64,000 bases of DNA from Chiloscyllium plagiosum (Eukaryota): contig NC_057720.1 in NCBI RefSeq assembly GCF_004010195.1, positions 11,635,510 through 11,699,509 on the forward strand. Direction: 5' to 3'. A program made the translations under genes and the position numbers. Positions 39,278 through 51,765 of the stretch are shown in pieces; position 1 is the stretch's first letter; each line of letters starts with the position of its first letter. The notes under the pieces were generated by a model. It was not told where the DNA came from, did not search any database, and saw only the letters and a program-made list of their open reading frames with translations.

Positions 39278-39704
39278 CCTGCAAGTTCCATTCCAACCCA
39301 ATCACCATCCAGACTTAGCAATATATCGCTGTTCCTTCAGTGTCACTGTTCAAAATCCTGGAATTGCCTCCCCAAGGGCACGTGGGTGTACCCATGCCAA
39401 ATGCACTGCAGCGGTTCAAGGTGGTAGCTCACCTCCAACCTCTCAGGGGCAACTAGGCAATAAACGTCAGCCTAGTCAGCGATGCCCATGACCCATGAAT
39501 GAATTTAAAAAAGTCTTCATCCAACTGCACTACTGCACATTAGCCTATCCTTAATCTTTTGCAAGTCACAATGCTGTGGTTTTACAGGGAAAAAAAACTT
39601 ATGGCATATTTTCTAAGAACAATTCAGCTAATCTGCCAGGGCCCATGCTACTGCCCTCTGCTTATAGAGACATACGCATGGAGGTAGCTGATCCATATGC
39701 TTAC

Positions 39705-39877
39705 CTCTGCTCGGTTTCAGTGTCATTCTGGGTCAGTTGGATGATATCACTTGTTATTTCCACCTTGCGCACACTGCCAAAGAAGTCTGTAATGAGAACG
39801 CTTCTGGGATCCCTCTGAAACAGGACACTCCTGTGCCCTGGAGTAGAAACGCACAGGCTTGGGGGGCAAACTTTGAA
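39705..39877 (-). CDS. PIGK: PIGK coding exon (173 bp)
   Basis: ttctcttgtctcgcag|TTC...CAG AG|gtaagc; translates to FKVCPPSLCVSTPGHRSVLFQRDPRSVLITDFFGSVRKVEITSDIIQLTQNDTETEQ, with the characteristic LITDFFG motif. Confidence 0.97.
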
Positions 39878-40429
39878 CTGCGAGACAAGAGAAAGCAGAA
39901 AGCAAAGTGATCACCACAAAGATGTTACAACATGAACAAGTCTGTATCAAGCTTACAAGCACAAAGGACACAGGGCTCAGAATCAGTCCGGCAATTTCCT
40001 GAATCTGTATAATGGGCTACAGTACTGGCACAGTACTAAAAAGCTGGGCCACTTCAGTTTCTAGTCAATGGCAACTCCCATGATGCTAATAGCTGGGGAT
40101 TCAGTGATAGAAATGCTGTTGAGTTGCAAGCTGAGATGTTTAGATTCTCTTGTTGGATATGGTCATTGCCTGCATTTGTATAACACTATTGTTACTTGCC
40201 ATTTATCAGCCCACATAATGTTGTGCAGGTCTTGCTACATTTGGACACAGTTTCAGCATCTGTGAAATTGCAAGAGGCATTGAACACAGTTCCCCTGAAA
40301 TGCCACCATCTGACTCTTTTGTACACAATCCCGACTTTTGTGGCCTGGTGTGCTGCAATGCTTCATTATCTGAGGAGTTTTGAACATTGCAATCATTAAC
40401 GTATGTCACCATGTCTGATCTTACAATGA

Positions 40430-41855
40430 ATATAGGAACAGGTCCTTCAGCCCACAATGTCTATCAACCACAATGTCATTCTAAACTTATCCAAACTGCC
40501 TGCATATGGTCTGTTTCCTTCTATACCCTGCCTGTCTAAATGCCTCAAACATTGCTGTTGTGTCTGCTTCTAACACCTCCCCCTATAAACACATTCCAGG
40601 CACCTACCATCTTCTGAGTAAAATACTTGCCTTGCACATCTCCTTTAAATTATCCCCTCTCACCTTAAACCTAGTATTTGACATTTGTATCCTGGGACAA
40701 AGACTCTGATTATCCAGCCTATTCATATCCCTCATAATATTATTTACTTTTATCGAGTAACTCCTCAGCCTCCGAAGGTCTCGCAAAAAAAATGCATGTT
40801 TGTCGATTTGCTCCTCATAGTTAACATGCTCCAGTCCAAACAACATCCTGGGGTAAACCTCTTGCACCCTCTCCAATGCCTCCCTCCCCTCCTATAGTGT
40901 GGGGACCAGAACTGCAAACAATACTTAAAAGGCGGCCTAACTAAAGATTTATACAGCTGCAATATGAGTTGCCAACTTTTATATTCAATTGTCCAAACAA
41001 CAAATTCAAGAGCGTGGTGCTGGAAAAGCACAGCAGGCCAGGCAGCATCTGAGAAGCAAGAGAATCGCCATTTCGGGCATAAGCCCAGCTAATGTCCAAA
41101 TCGTCAGTTCTCCTGTTCCTCAGATGCTACCTGGCCTGTGCTTTTCCAGCACCACACTCTCGACTCTGATCTCCAGCATCTGCAGTCCTCATTTTCCTCC
41201 CCGACCAAGAAAGGCAAGCACACTGCACACCTTCTTTATCGATGTATCCATAATCACTTTCAGAGAGCTATGGACTCGGTATGTCAATGCTCCTAAGGGT
41301 CCTGCCATTGACTATATGCTTTCCTCTTGCATTTGACCTCCCAAAATTGCATCACCTCACACTTGATCAGATTAAAAGCTCATCTGCTATTTCTCCACCC
41401 AACTTTCCAACTAATCTTTATCATGCTGAATCCTTTGACAACCTTCCTCATTATCCACTCTACCAATTTTCATCTTGTCCATTAATCAGACCATCTTCAT
41501 TTTCATCCACATCATTCATGTATATTACAAACAGCAGAGGTCCTAGCACCTATGGAACACCATTAGTAAGAGACGTCCAGTCATAAAACCACCCCTCCAC
41601 AACTACCCTCCTATCTTCTATGACCAAGCCAATTTTGTACCCAATTTAGTAATTCACCATGAATCCCAAATGACTTAATTTTCTGGACCAGTCTACCATG
41701 AGGGACCTTGTCAAATGCTTCAGTAAAGTCCAGGTAGACAACGTGCACTGCCCTAACCTCATCATTGATCTTCATCACTTTCTCAAAAGACTAAATCAAA
41801 TCTGAGGGACAAGACCTCCCCTTCACAAAGGCATGCTGACTATCCCTAACTAGCT
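40430..41855 (-). mobile_element. Decayed CR1 LINE hosting two PLE palindromes
   Basis: Minus strand LYKSLVRPPFKYCLQFWSPHY and upstream RT remnants. Confidence 0.82.
41008..41200. mobile_element. Fold-back Penelope-like element (family 1) inside a CR1 fragment
   Basis: Inverted arms meeting near 41087 within the stem II region. Confidence 0.7.
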
Positions 41856-42301
41856 AGGAGAAAGTGAGGACTGCAGATGCTGGAGACCAGAGTTGAAAAG
41901 TGTGGTGCTGGAAAAGCGCAGCAGGCCAGGCAGCATCTGAGGAGCAGGAGAATTGACGTTTCGGGCATAAGCCCTTCTTCATGTACTCACGCCCACACTC
42001 CGGATTCCTCAACCGTTCCTGAACCTTCTCGCGACCTCCGGAACCGTTCGGGCGCAGTACCCACGAGGCCGCTGCAGCCACCACTGCTGCAGCGAACGGT
42101 GACATCACTTCCGCCCCCACCGCCGCACGAACAACCACCACCGACCATGCAGCCTCCGCGATCGCCGCCCAGATAACTGCCTCCACAATCGCCAGGAAGA
42201 CCATCGCCGGTGAAGAAGGGCTTATGCCCGAAATGTCGATTCTCCTGCTCCTCGGATGCTGCCTGGCCTGCTGCGCTTTTCCAGCACCACACTTTTCAAC
42301 T
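41856..42301. mobile_element. Fold-back Penelope-like element with a 229-bp CpG-rich core
   Basis: Arms 41856-41981 and 42211-42301; TSD ctatccctaa(c/t)tagct at 41840-41855 and 42302-42317. Confidence 0.82.
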
Positions 42302-42689
42302 CTATCCCTAATTAGCTCATTGTTTTCCAAATGGAGGGGTAATCATTGATGAAGTGGCTGAAGATGGTTAGGTCTTGGACAGTATGACAATGAACTCCTG
42401 TCTTGGGGAGGGGGGGGAAAGATATTAGTCTCTTCTAACCACTGTCATCTTCCCTTGAGCTAGGGATGGCTCCAACTAATGGGGATATCTCCCCATCAAA
42501 CAACCTCCCCCACCGCCATTCTCAATGACCAGTTTTGCTCAGTTACTGCTGCCTTCATATCAAGGATAGTCACTCCCACCTCAATTCAGGAGTTCAGCTC
42601 TGATCTGATTGTTCAGATCAAGACCGTAATGAGATCAGAAGCCAAATCGCCCGAGCAAACCCGAACTTTGTATTTCTTTGATGATTTTG

Positions 42690-44380
42690 AACACTGCGTG
42701 CAGTTCTCTTCACCACATTACCAAAAGGGCGTGGCTGCACTGGAGACAGTGCAGAGGAGATTCACTAGGATGTTGCCTGGGATGGAAAGACTGTTATTTC
42801 TTTGAGATGGTGACCAAATAGGTGGATGAGGGTAAAGCAGTTGATGTGGTGTATATGGGTTTCAGTGAGGTGTTTGATAAGGACCCCATGGTAGGCTATT
42901 GGACAAAATATGGAGGCATGAGATTGAAGGTGATTTAGCAGTTTGGATCAGAAATTGGCCAGCCGAAAGAAGACAGAGGGTGGTGGCTGATGGGAAATGT
43001 TCGTCATGGAGTTCAGTTACTAGTGGGGTACTGCAAGATCTATTTTGGGTCCACTGTCGTTTGCCATTTATACAAATGACCTGGATGAGGGCATAGAAGG
43101 ATGGGTTAGTAAATTTGCGGATGACAATTAAAGTCGATAGAGTTGTGGATGTTGTAGGTTACAAAGGATGTTGTAGGTTACAGAGGGACAAAGATAAGCT
43201 GCAGAGCTGGGCTGAGAGGTGGCAAATGAAGTTTAATGCGGAAAAGTGTGAGGTGATTCACTTTGGAAGGAGCAACAGGAATGCAGAGTATTGGGCTAAT
43301 GGTAAGATTCTTGGTAGTGTCCAGGTGTTCAGGTACATCAATCCTTGAAAGTTGCCACCTAGGTTGATAGGATTGTTAAAAAGGCATATGGTGCGTTCGC
43401 TTTTATTGGTAGAGGGATTGAGTTTCAGAACCATGAGATCATGCTGCAGCTGTAGAAAACTCTGGTGCAGCCACATTTGGAGTACTGCGTACAGTTCTGG
43501 CCACCGCATTATAGGATGTGGAAGCTTTGGAAAGGGTTCAGAGGAGATTTACTAGGATGTTGCCTGGTATGGAGGGAAGGTCATACAAGAAAGGCTGAGG
43601 GACTTGAGACTGTTTTCGTTAGAGAGAAGAAGGTTGAGAGGCGACTTAATTGAGACGTATAAGATAATCAGAGGGTTAGATAGGTTGGACAGTGAGAGCT
43701 ATTTTCCTCGGATGGCTATAGCTAACACAAGGGGACATAGCTTTACATTGAGGGGTGATAGATATAGGACAGATGTCAGAGGTAGTTTCTTTACTCAGAG
43801 TAGTAGGGCCATGGATTGCACTGCCTGCAGCAGTAGTAGACTTGCCGACTTTAAAGGCTTTTAAATGGTCATTGGACAGAGATATAGATGAGAATGGAAT
43901 ACTGTAGATTAGATGGGCTTCAGATTTGTTCCACAGGTCGGTACAAGGGCCGAAGGGCCTGTACTGCGGTGTAATGTTCTATGTTGTATTAGGACAGACT
44001 GGGTTTGTTTTCCTTGGAGCAGAAGAGGCTGTGGGGAGATCTGAATGTGTTGTACAAAATTATGACAGACATAGACAGGGCAGATCGCAAGAATTGTTTC
44101 CCCATGGCAGACATGTTTAAGAGCAGAGAGGATAAATTTAAGGTAAGGAGTGAGTGGTTGATAGGGGATCCGAAGAAAAACGTTTGACCCAGAGGGTGAC
44201 AGAAAGATGGAAGGTGCTGCCTGAGCGGGTGGAGGAGTCCGGGACTCTCGCAACATTTAAGCAGCATCTGGACGAGCACTTAAAATACCAGGGCATAGTA
44301 GCCAAGTGCAAGTTTGTTGTTTATTAGTTGGCACAGGTGGGCCGAAGAGCCTGTTTGTGTGCTGTATGACTCTATGGCTT
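42690..44380 (+). mobile_element. Nested CR1 LINE fragments
   Basis: A younger RT-3' copy (about 42800-43990) lies inside an older copy (42690-42790 and 43990-44380). Confidence 0.85.
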
Positions 44381-44703
44381 CAATTAAATAACTCCTCAAT
44401 CTCTCAGCTTAAAGGGATGCAAGCAAAGTTGAATAAAACTGTCTCTAAGGCCTGCTAGAATACTGGCAAATTTGTACTGTGTCCATTTCTAACACCAATA
44501 TTTTTTCCCCAAAATGCAATACCAAAAACAGAACCCGGCAGTTCAGATGAAATCTAGCTAAGGCTCGAACTGAACCATTAATTCTGTACTTTTGAATCCC
44601 AGATTCCTCTAATTAAAACAAATGCAATTCACTATTAGACCACATTATTACTATTCAACACCAGAACTTTAAAACCAATATAGAACCAATAGAAATGGGA
44701 ACA

Positions 44704-44891
44704 AAAAGAAAAGCAGAAATTGTTGGAAAATCTGTGGAGAGAAATCAAAGTTTCAGAACAAGGGTCACTGGACCAGAAATGTTAACTCTGCTTTCTCTCC
44801 ACAGATGTGCCAGACCTGTAGAGCTTTTTCAGTAGTTTGTTTTTGTTTCTGATTTTCACCATCTGCAGTTCTTGTTTTTTCTGTTTAATGT
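44704..44891. mobile_element. Fold-back PLE-like element (family 2)
   Basis: Partly inverted arms; 11-bp TSD aaatgggaaca at 44693-44703 and 44892-44902. Confidence 0.65.
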
Positions 44892-46737
44892 AAATGGGAA
44901 CAGGTTTAAAATGATTTGCAAAAGACAAAAATGTGATGTGTTCATACAGCACATGGTTCCAGACTGTAAAATATGGTAGATGCAGATTCAATTGAGATAT
45001 TCAAGCGGGTAATGGACGATGATCTGAATAGAAACAATGTGCAAGAGCACCTGGAAAAAGACATGAGATTGATGTTAAGTCACGATGCTCATTTGGAGAA
45101 CAGATGCGGACATGATGGGCTGAATGGCCTCCTACTTTACCTTAATGATTTTGTGACTGTGAAATCGTTATAAGCAATTACGCTAAGAGGAAACACATTC
45201 TGTTTCATGGAATAAGGTTACTGTTGGCCAAGCCAGTATTTGTTACTTTATTCCTCACAGCCTTTGTACCAAAGTGACCTGCTGTCTCATGTCAGGAGGC
45301 AGATTAGGGTCAACCACATTGCTGTGGGTCTGGAGTCACATGTAGGCCAGACCAGTTAAGGCTGGACAATTTCCTTCCTTAAAGGAAGCCGGTGTTTTTT
45401 TATGATTATCAACAATAGTTTCTTGGGCACAATTGCTAAGCTTCGAATTAGATTCCATGCATTTTTAAATTGAATTCAAATTAAACCAGCTGCTGTGCTA
45501 GGTTTTGAATTTGTGCCCCAGAGCATTAATTAGCCTGGATCTCATGATTACTAGGCCAGTAGTCACTATGTTAGTCTCTCCTAGAAGCAGCTATATTCCT
45601 TCCTTAAACCACTCCTTAAAACATTAAATAATGAAATCTGGAGTCTTCACTAACACATATTTAAGAACATTTAATTGCAGAAGCGAGTACAAATACATCT
45701 AATGTCGCAATGGATATTTTCAAAGGTACAAGAATTACAGTGCTGGTCTCAGCAATGGGGTAAAGTAAATGTGCGACTGCACCTGAAATTTAACATGTGA
45801 ATTTTACACCTTTCAGAATTGGCATCAATTCAGGAAATATGGCCAAGTAGCACTTTCACATGGGGTAGAACTGTGCTGATGAGCAGTGATGGATTCAGCC
45901 AGGGTGTCTGCTAAATCAGCACAAAAGGCTGAAGAAATGTGAACACAGGGTAAAAGTTACCCTAGTTAGTTAAGCCCAAGCCTTGGTCTCCATAAACACA
46001 GCTCTTTGTTAATGAAGTTGCTTTGCGTCAATATCCACATTAACATAGTAAGCTCAAAATAGATACATCAGGTAGATTCTACAGGTAGCTGTTTCCTCCA
46101 AATCAGAAAATATCAGTTGAAATCCCACCTTGGGACCACAGTGTAGAATCCAGGCTCATACTTGGAACATTGCACTTTCAGAGACCTTGCTTTGTGGAAA
46201 GGTTAAAGGAAGACACAGTCTTGTTCTTCCAATGGCTCAGAAAGTGAAAGAAGCCAGCATACTATTTAAGGAGCAGCAAGTTCAAAAGTCTATGCCAACA
46301 TTCTCTCATGAAGCAATATCACAAAGAATAGATTATTCAGCAGGTAATCTTTACATAGATACCAGAATTTCCTGTATAAATTACTGCAAGTCAAAGCATT
46401 TAATACAAATTCTTTTTGAAGCATTTTGACAGTATATGTAAGATAAATGTCTGGGTCTTCTGTTTAAATATTGCACTTGCATAACTTTTAAGAATCCAGT
46501 TCATTGCATTTATCTGATTTGCTGATCAATAAAGCAGCCAAGTCCTATCAGTCTTCTAAAGTGAAGCTACTGCTTTCATCTCTGATTCAATAAAATGTCA
46601 AAACCAAGTCTGTTCTTAAAAAGATCCATTTCACAGACACTCTGCAATTCAAAAGGATGATTCAAAACATTTTGCCAAATGCTTACACAATCCTTTTCAT
46701 CTAAACTAAAGGGTAAATATCAGGCCTTGAGGAAAAT

Positions 46738-46960
46738 GTTGAAGTAACCCCACAGAGGCTCGTATCCCAAGTCTCCCTTTATGTCCACGTGAACTGTACC
46801 TGACACTGACCCAGCTAGCTCAGAGCGGCTCCTAAGATGAACAGAACCCCAACATTCCTGTCTATCTCTGTCAGCCGGGGCTCCCTTATTGGACCAGCCC
46901 CAATCATGAAACTCGTATTCTATAACATCCACCTGGCTAACCTTGTCCCAATCACTCCAA
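46738..46960. mobile_element. Solo-LTR-like repeat
   Basis: Shares tctgtcagc.gggctccct.attggaccag...ccccaatca...ggct.acctt with 47920-48389; about 220 bp. Confidence 0.5.
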
Positions 46961-47594
46961 ATGTGTTGGCGCATGTCAAAGTCATATTCCTGCCGTAACT
47001 ACAGTGGCTCCAGTGTGCACATTCCTAAGAGATGCATCAAAGAGTTTTCAAACACACCTTCCAAAGTCATAACCTTACCTCCTAGAAAGTGGAGGGTCCG
47101 TAGGAGCACGATTCCCTCCAAGTCCCACACCATCCTGACTTGGAAATACCAGATATACATTTATACAGATGCAGTAATGTTTCTGAGGGATCAGCACATA
47201 CGCTCAATCTGGGTCCCATAAAAGACCATCACAATAACAGTAAACAAACCAGTAACACTACAGCTGCCACATTGGCGCTGGGAGATCTCACATTACAGAC
47301 ATCATCAATATGGTGGGATCTCCCAGTCTGAAGTTACACTCTCCGTTTGTTACAATCGCCTCCATCCATGCAGCCTCTCACATGAACATGGACAATAATG
47401 CCTTGCTGAAATTTCTCTGTGGGGAGAGTTTGACATCTGAGCATCTCCACCTGCCTTAAGTTTTTTGTCGCCCATCACACATAATGGAACCATATCCTTG
47501 CATGACCAGCTGTCTTTACAAGGACAGTTCTTGGTAACAGTCTCGTTTGTTGGAACACTGAAGTTCAATTGGTGTTTCTGTTAGATTTCAGTGC

Positions 47595-47804
47595 AGGAGA
47601 AAGTGAGGACTGCAGATCAGAGTCGAGAGTGTGTTGCTGAGAAAGCACAGCAGGTCAGGCAGCATCCGAGGAGCAGGAGAATTGACATTTTGGTCATAAG
47701 CTCTTCATCAGGACGGCTTATGCCCAAAACGTCGATTCTCCGGCTCCTCAGATGCTGCCTGACCTGCTGTGCTTTCCCAGCACCACACTCTCGACTCTGA
47801 TTTC
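47595..47804. mobile_element. Fold-back Penelope-like element (family 1)
   Basis: Inverted arms joined near 47712; cagtgcag duplicated at both flanks. Confidence 0.75.
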
Positions 47805-47919
47805 CAGTGCAGACTAACTGATACATATTCATCCCACCACACAATGACAAAACATTAGAATTTGATGACTATGCCTTCAGGTTCAGGAGGCAAGTGCTGT
47901 GTGAAATAACTTTTTACCC

Positions 47920-48389
47920 TGTGTGAAATAACTCCACAGAGGCCAGTACCCCTTCACCAAATCATCCTTTAGTTACACATGGAGAGTCACGGAGAGGATG
48001 GTGCGTGTGTGGAATGGGCTGCCAGAGGAAGTGGTGGAGGCTGGTACAAGTGCTACATTTAAAAGGCATCTGGATGAGTATATGAACAGGAAGGGTTTGG
48101 AGGGATATGGGCCGGGTGCTGGCAGGTGGGACTAGATTGGGTTGGAATATCTGGTCGGCACAGATGTATTGGACCGAAGGGTGTGTTTCTGTCCTGTACA
48201 TCTCTATGACTCTATGATTATGACACCCATCCAGCTCCCTCAGAGCCAGCTCTCAGAGTGAACGGGATGTCTGACACACCTGCTTGTATCTGTCAGTCAG
48301 GGCTCCCTGATTGGACCAGATTACCAGCCCCAATCAGAGAACTCATGTTCCACAATGTCCTCTTGGCTGACCTTGCTAAAATCTTTACA
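47920..48389. mobile_element. Solo-LTR-like repeat interrupted by a CR1 3' end (about 47990-48220)
   Basis: TG...CA ends; homologous to 46738-46960. Confidence 0.5.
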
Positions 48390-48649
48390 CTGTGAAATGT
48401 TGATTTCTGATGGAGTCCTAAAGTCCCTTTCATGAATGCACCCACATTCGATTTCTTTTGTGTAAAGTCTTCCCTTTTCTAAGAGAGTTAAGTCAGCTGC
48501 CTCTGTGGCTAACAGCAGGACCATTTAGCCAATGCTCATTAGCTCACACTGCCACTCATTCTCCAATTTAAACTGAGCTGGATATTGACTGCTCTTCTTC
48601 AAAGCCATAATGATAGAGCATGAGCAACACATTAATCTTGTTGACTGGC

Positions 48650-49085
48650 TGACAGAAGGAAAATCTAAAAGGTGAGATGGGGGGAAGGCAGGGAGAATGT
48701 TTAAAGGACGTGTGTAAGGCAAGTTTTTTTTTTACACTAAAGATTGTAACGTGGTGCCGGGGAAGGTAGTAGAAGCAAATACAATAGCAACATTTATGAG
48801 GTGGTTAGACAGATACATGAGCAGGCAGGGGGAGAGAGAATTCCTGATGAAGGGCTTATGCACGAAATATCAACTCTCCTGCTCCACAGACACTGCCTGA
48901 CCTGCTGTGCCAGCACCACACTCTTGATCTAATTTCCAACATCTGCAGTCCTCAGTTTCACCAGGGTAGAGAGGGGTATGGACCATATGCAGGCAGATGG
49001 GATTAGTTTAGAACAGCATCATGGTCGGAACTGACATGGTGGGCTGAAGGACCTGTTCCTGTGCTCTACTGTTCTATGGTCTACA
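48650..49085 (+). mobile_element. CR1 LINE 3' end
   Basis: CR1 C-terminal and UTR remnants ending ctgttctatggtcta. Confidence 0.75.
48838..48962 (+). mobile_element. Penelope-like terminal fragment (family 1) inside a CR1 tail
   Basis: attcCTGATGAAGGGCTTATGCACGAAATATC...ctgcagtcctcagttt. Confidence 0.7.
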
Positions 49086-51456
49086 CATGGCTTTTATTAA
49101 ACTATAGAAAGCAATTGGTAATGAATAATTGATCGCTGATTGATCAATCATTGGAAAACTAGGGTCAACTTTCAAGATTAACTTTATACGAATATTTACC
49201 ATAAACGTCTGTTCTTGCAGCTTACTCGAATTCCCTTTCTAATAACACTACAGTCGACCATATACACTGTGCACAACCTTCTCACAAGTTAGTAATGATC
49301 TAAGCTGTACATGGCAAAGCTCAATGAACAGTAAAATAAATGAGTATTTAATCCCCTTTTGCTGGCATTGTTCAAGGGAAGAACAACCAGAACAGCCAAC
49401 AGCAGGCATAAATGAATGAGATGTTTAAAACGATTAAAGAATGTGATAGGAATGATAGATAGAAACCTTGCCCTTTGATGGGGGAATCCAGAAAAAATTA
49501 AGTGTAAACTGAAAATTAGAGCTATGTTGTTCAGGGCTGATGTCAAGCAGCACTTATTTCTTTTTTTTAAATGACATCATTTGGTCCATCTATTACCTAG
49601 TACCAATTTTCTGCCTTGTCCCCATATTCCCTTCACTTTATTGCTATTCAATAAAGCCAGACAATGCCCTCTTAAATGCCTCCATTGTCACTGCTTTCAC
49701 TTCACTCTGAACGGTCATCGGACCCAAAACTTTAGCTCTGCTTTATCTCCACAAATGCTGCCAGTCGTGCTGAGTGTTTCTGTTCCTTTTTTCCAGCTTC
49801 CTGAAGGATGTTTTATTGACTCATGCAATGTTAGAGTCACTGGGTTGGACAGTATTCATTGCCCATCTCTAACTGCTGAGGAGAGGGATGGTGGTGAACA
49901 AAGTACTGTAGTTCTTGTGATGTAAGGACACCCACAGTGCTGGTCAGGACGGAGTTTCAGGATTTTGTGTGACAGTGGCAATAGTGTAAGAATGGTGATA
50001 TAGTTCTAAGTCAGGATGGTAATGGCTTAGGGAAAAACTTGGTAATAGTAGGGATCAGCTGACCTTGTCCTTGTAGCTGTGGGTTTGGAAGGTGCTGTTG
50101 AAGAAGCCTTGGCGAATGACCGCATTGCACCTTGTAGACAGCGCACACTAATGCCACCATGAGTCATAGAAATTGCTGAGGAATTAATGAATAACATACA
50201 GAAATCGCTTTGGTTCCATTGATTTACAGTATCAGGGTTTGTCATGAAATCTTGAACTCACAGAAATCCTTTGGTATAGCTACACTTTCTCCTGGTAGCT
50301 GGAGGCTTCACAATGAGCTTCATTCTACTGGGCATTTTTCGGCCCAGTTCTGATTTGGGTGAGGGTTTCCTTCACCAAATCAATCTCTCGGAGGCTAGGA
50401 GTAGACTCAGAGTCAGTGAAAAGTTTTATCTTCCAGTCTGCCCACTCAAATAAGTGAGCTCGGTATTTCACCTGGCTTTCTCGGAATCAGAAATACAATA
50501 AAGTGCCAAGATTAAAACACACCGCTCATGTGCAAAACAAGTCACATCTGCACAGCACTCCTCATGTGAAGCGTATTTCTCAGCTCAGTACACAATTCTT
50601 CAGGAGGCTGATTGTGTTCAAATTCTTTCAGCCATAGATTTTTATCTGTTCTTGTGGGTTTTTACAATGTAAAATATTCCTTCACGATAAAAAAAACACA
50701 ATTTCAAAGATAGGCACCACATTCTAAATGAATTCTTGAGCTTCCAGCAGAGGGGATAACTTTTTTTCCTCTGGATCTGCAAGTAGTATTGTCAAATCAA
50801 CCCGGCCTTTTACTGATGGCGAGCTCCGTATGAGCAACACTCAGAATGTCTGTAGGATATGTTACTGCATGAACACACAGCTAATTCCTGGAAAACTGCT
50901 CCATTCCAGGTTCACTAAATGTTATGTTCGTTTATAATGTTTCTTCTGTCAGCTGGGGCTCAGCAGGTAACACTCGTGCCTCAGAATCAAAAAGGTTGCG
51001 GAATCAAATCCCACTCTCACAACTTAAGTATATAATGCTGGCTGTCACTTCATGGAAGCATACGTATTATTTGAGAGCCTCAAGGGGAAGGCCAGAGGCC
51101 TGGTGCAGACTGAAGGATGGGTGCTGGCATGGACTGTGTTTTGAACTGTCCATTTTTATTTTCTAACTTATTCCTATGATTTGTATTGCTGGACTTTTAA
51201 CTTGTTTATTTTCCCAATTTTTCTTCCCGAGAACATCTACTGAAGAATCCATACCTGAGTACACTGTACCTAAGGCGGTGCCGTAAGTGGCGACTTGTAA
51301 ACTTTTCACTGTATTCATTTGCGTACGTGACAATAAAGCTAATTCAATTCAATATTAGGAACAGGAGTAGGTCATTTGAGGCCTCCAAGCCTGGTATGCC
51401 ATTTACTGTAAAAAGGCCATGGTTGGTCAGATTGTGACATCAACTCCACTTTTTTT

Positions 51457-51765
51457 TAGATTAGATTACTTACAGTGTGGAAACAGGCCCTTCAGCCCAA
51501 CAAGTCCACACCGACCCGCCAAAGCACAACCCACCCAGACCCATTCCCCTACATTTACCCCTTCACCTAACACTATGGGCAATTTAGCATGGCCAATTCA
51601 CCTAACCTGCACATTTTTGGATTGTGGGAGGAAACCGGAGCACCCGGAGGAAACCCACGCAGACACGGGAGAATGTGCAAACTCCACACAGAGAGTCGCC
51701 TGAGACGGGAATTGAACCCGAGACTCTGGCGCTGAGAGGCAGCAGTGCTAACCACTGTGCCGCCC
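51457..51765 (-). mobile_element. HE1-type SINE, near full length
   Basis: Reverse complement of the consensus with A and B boxes. Confidence 0.9.
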
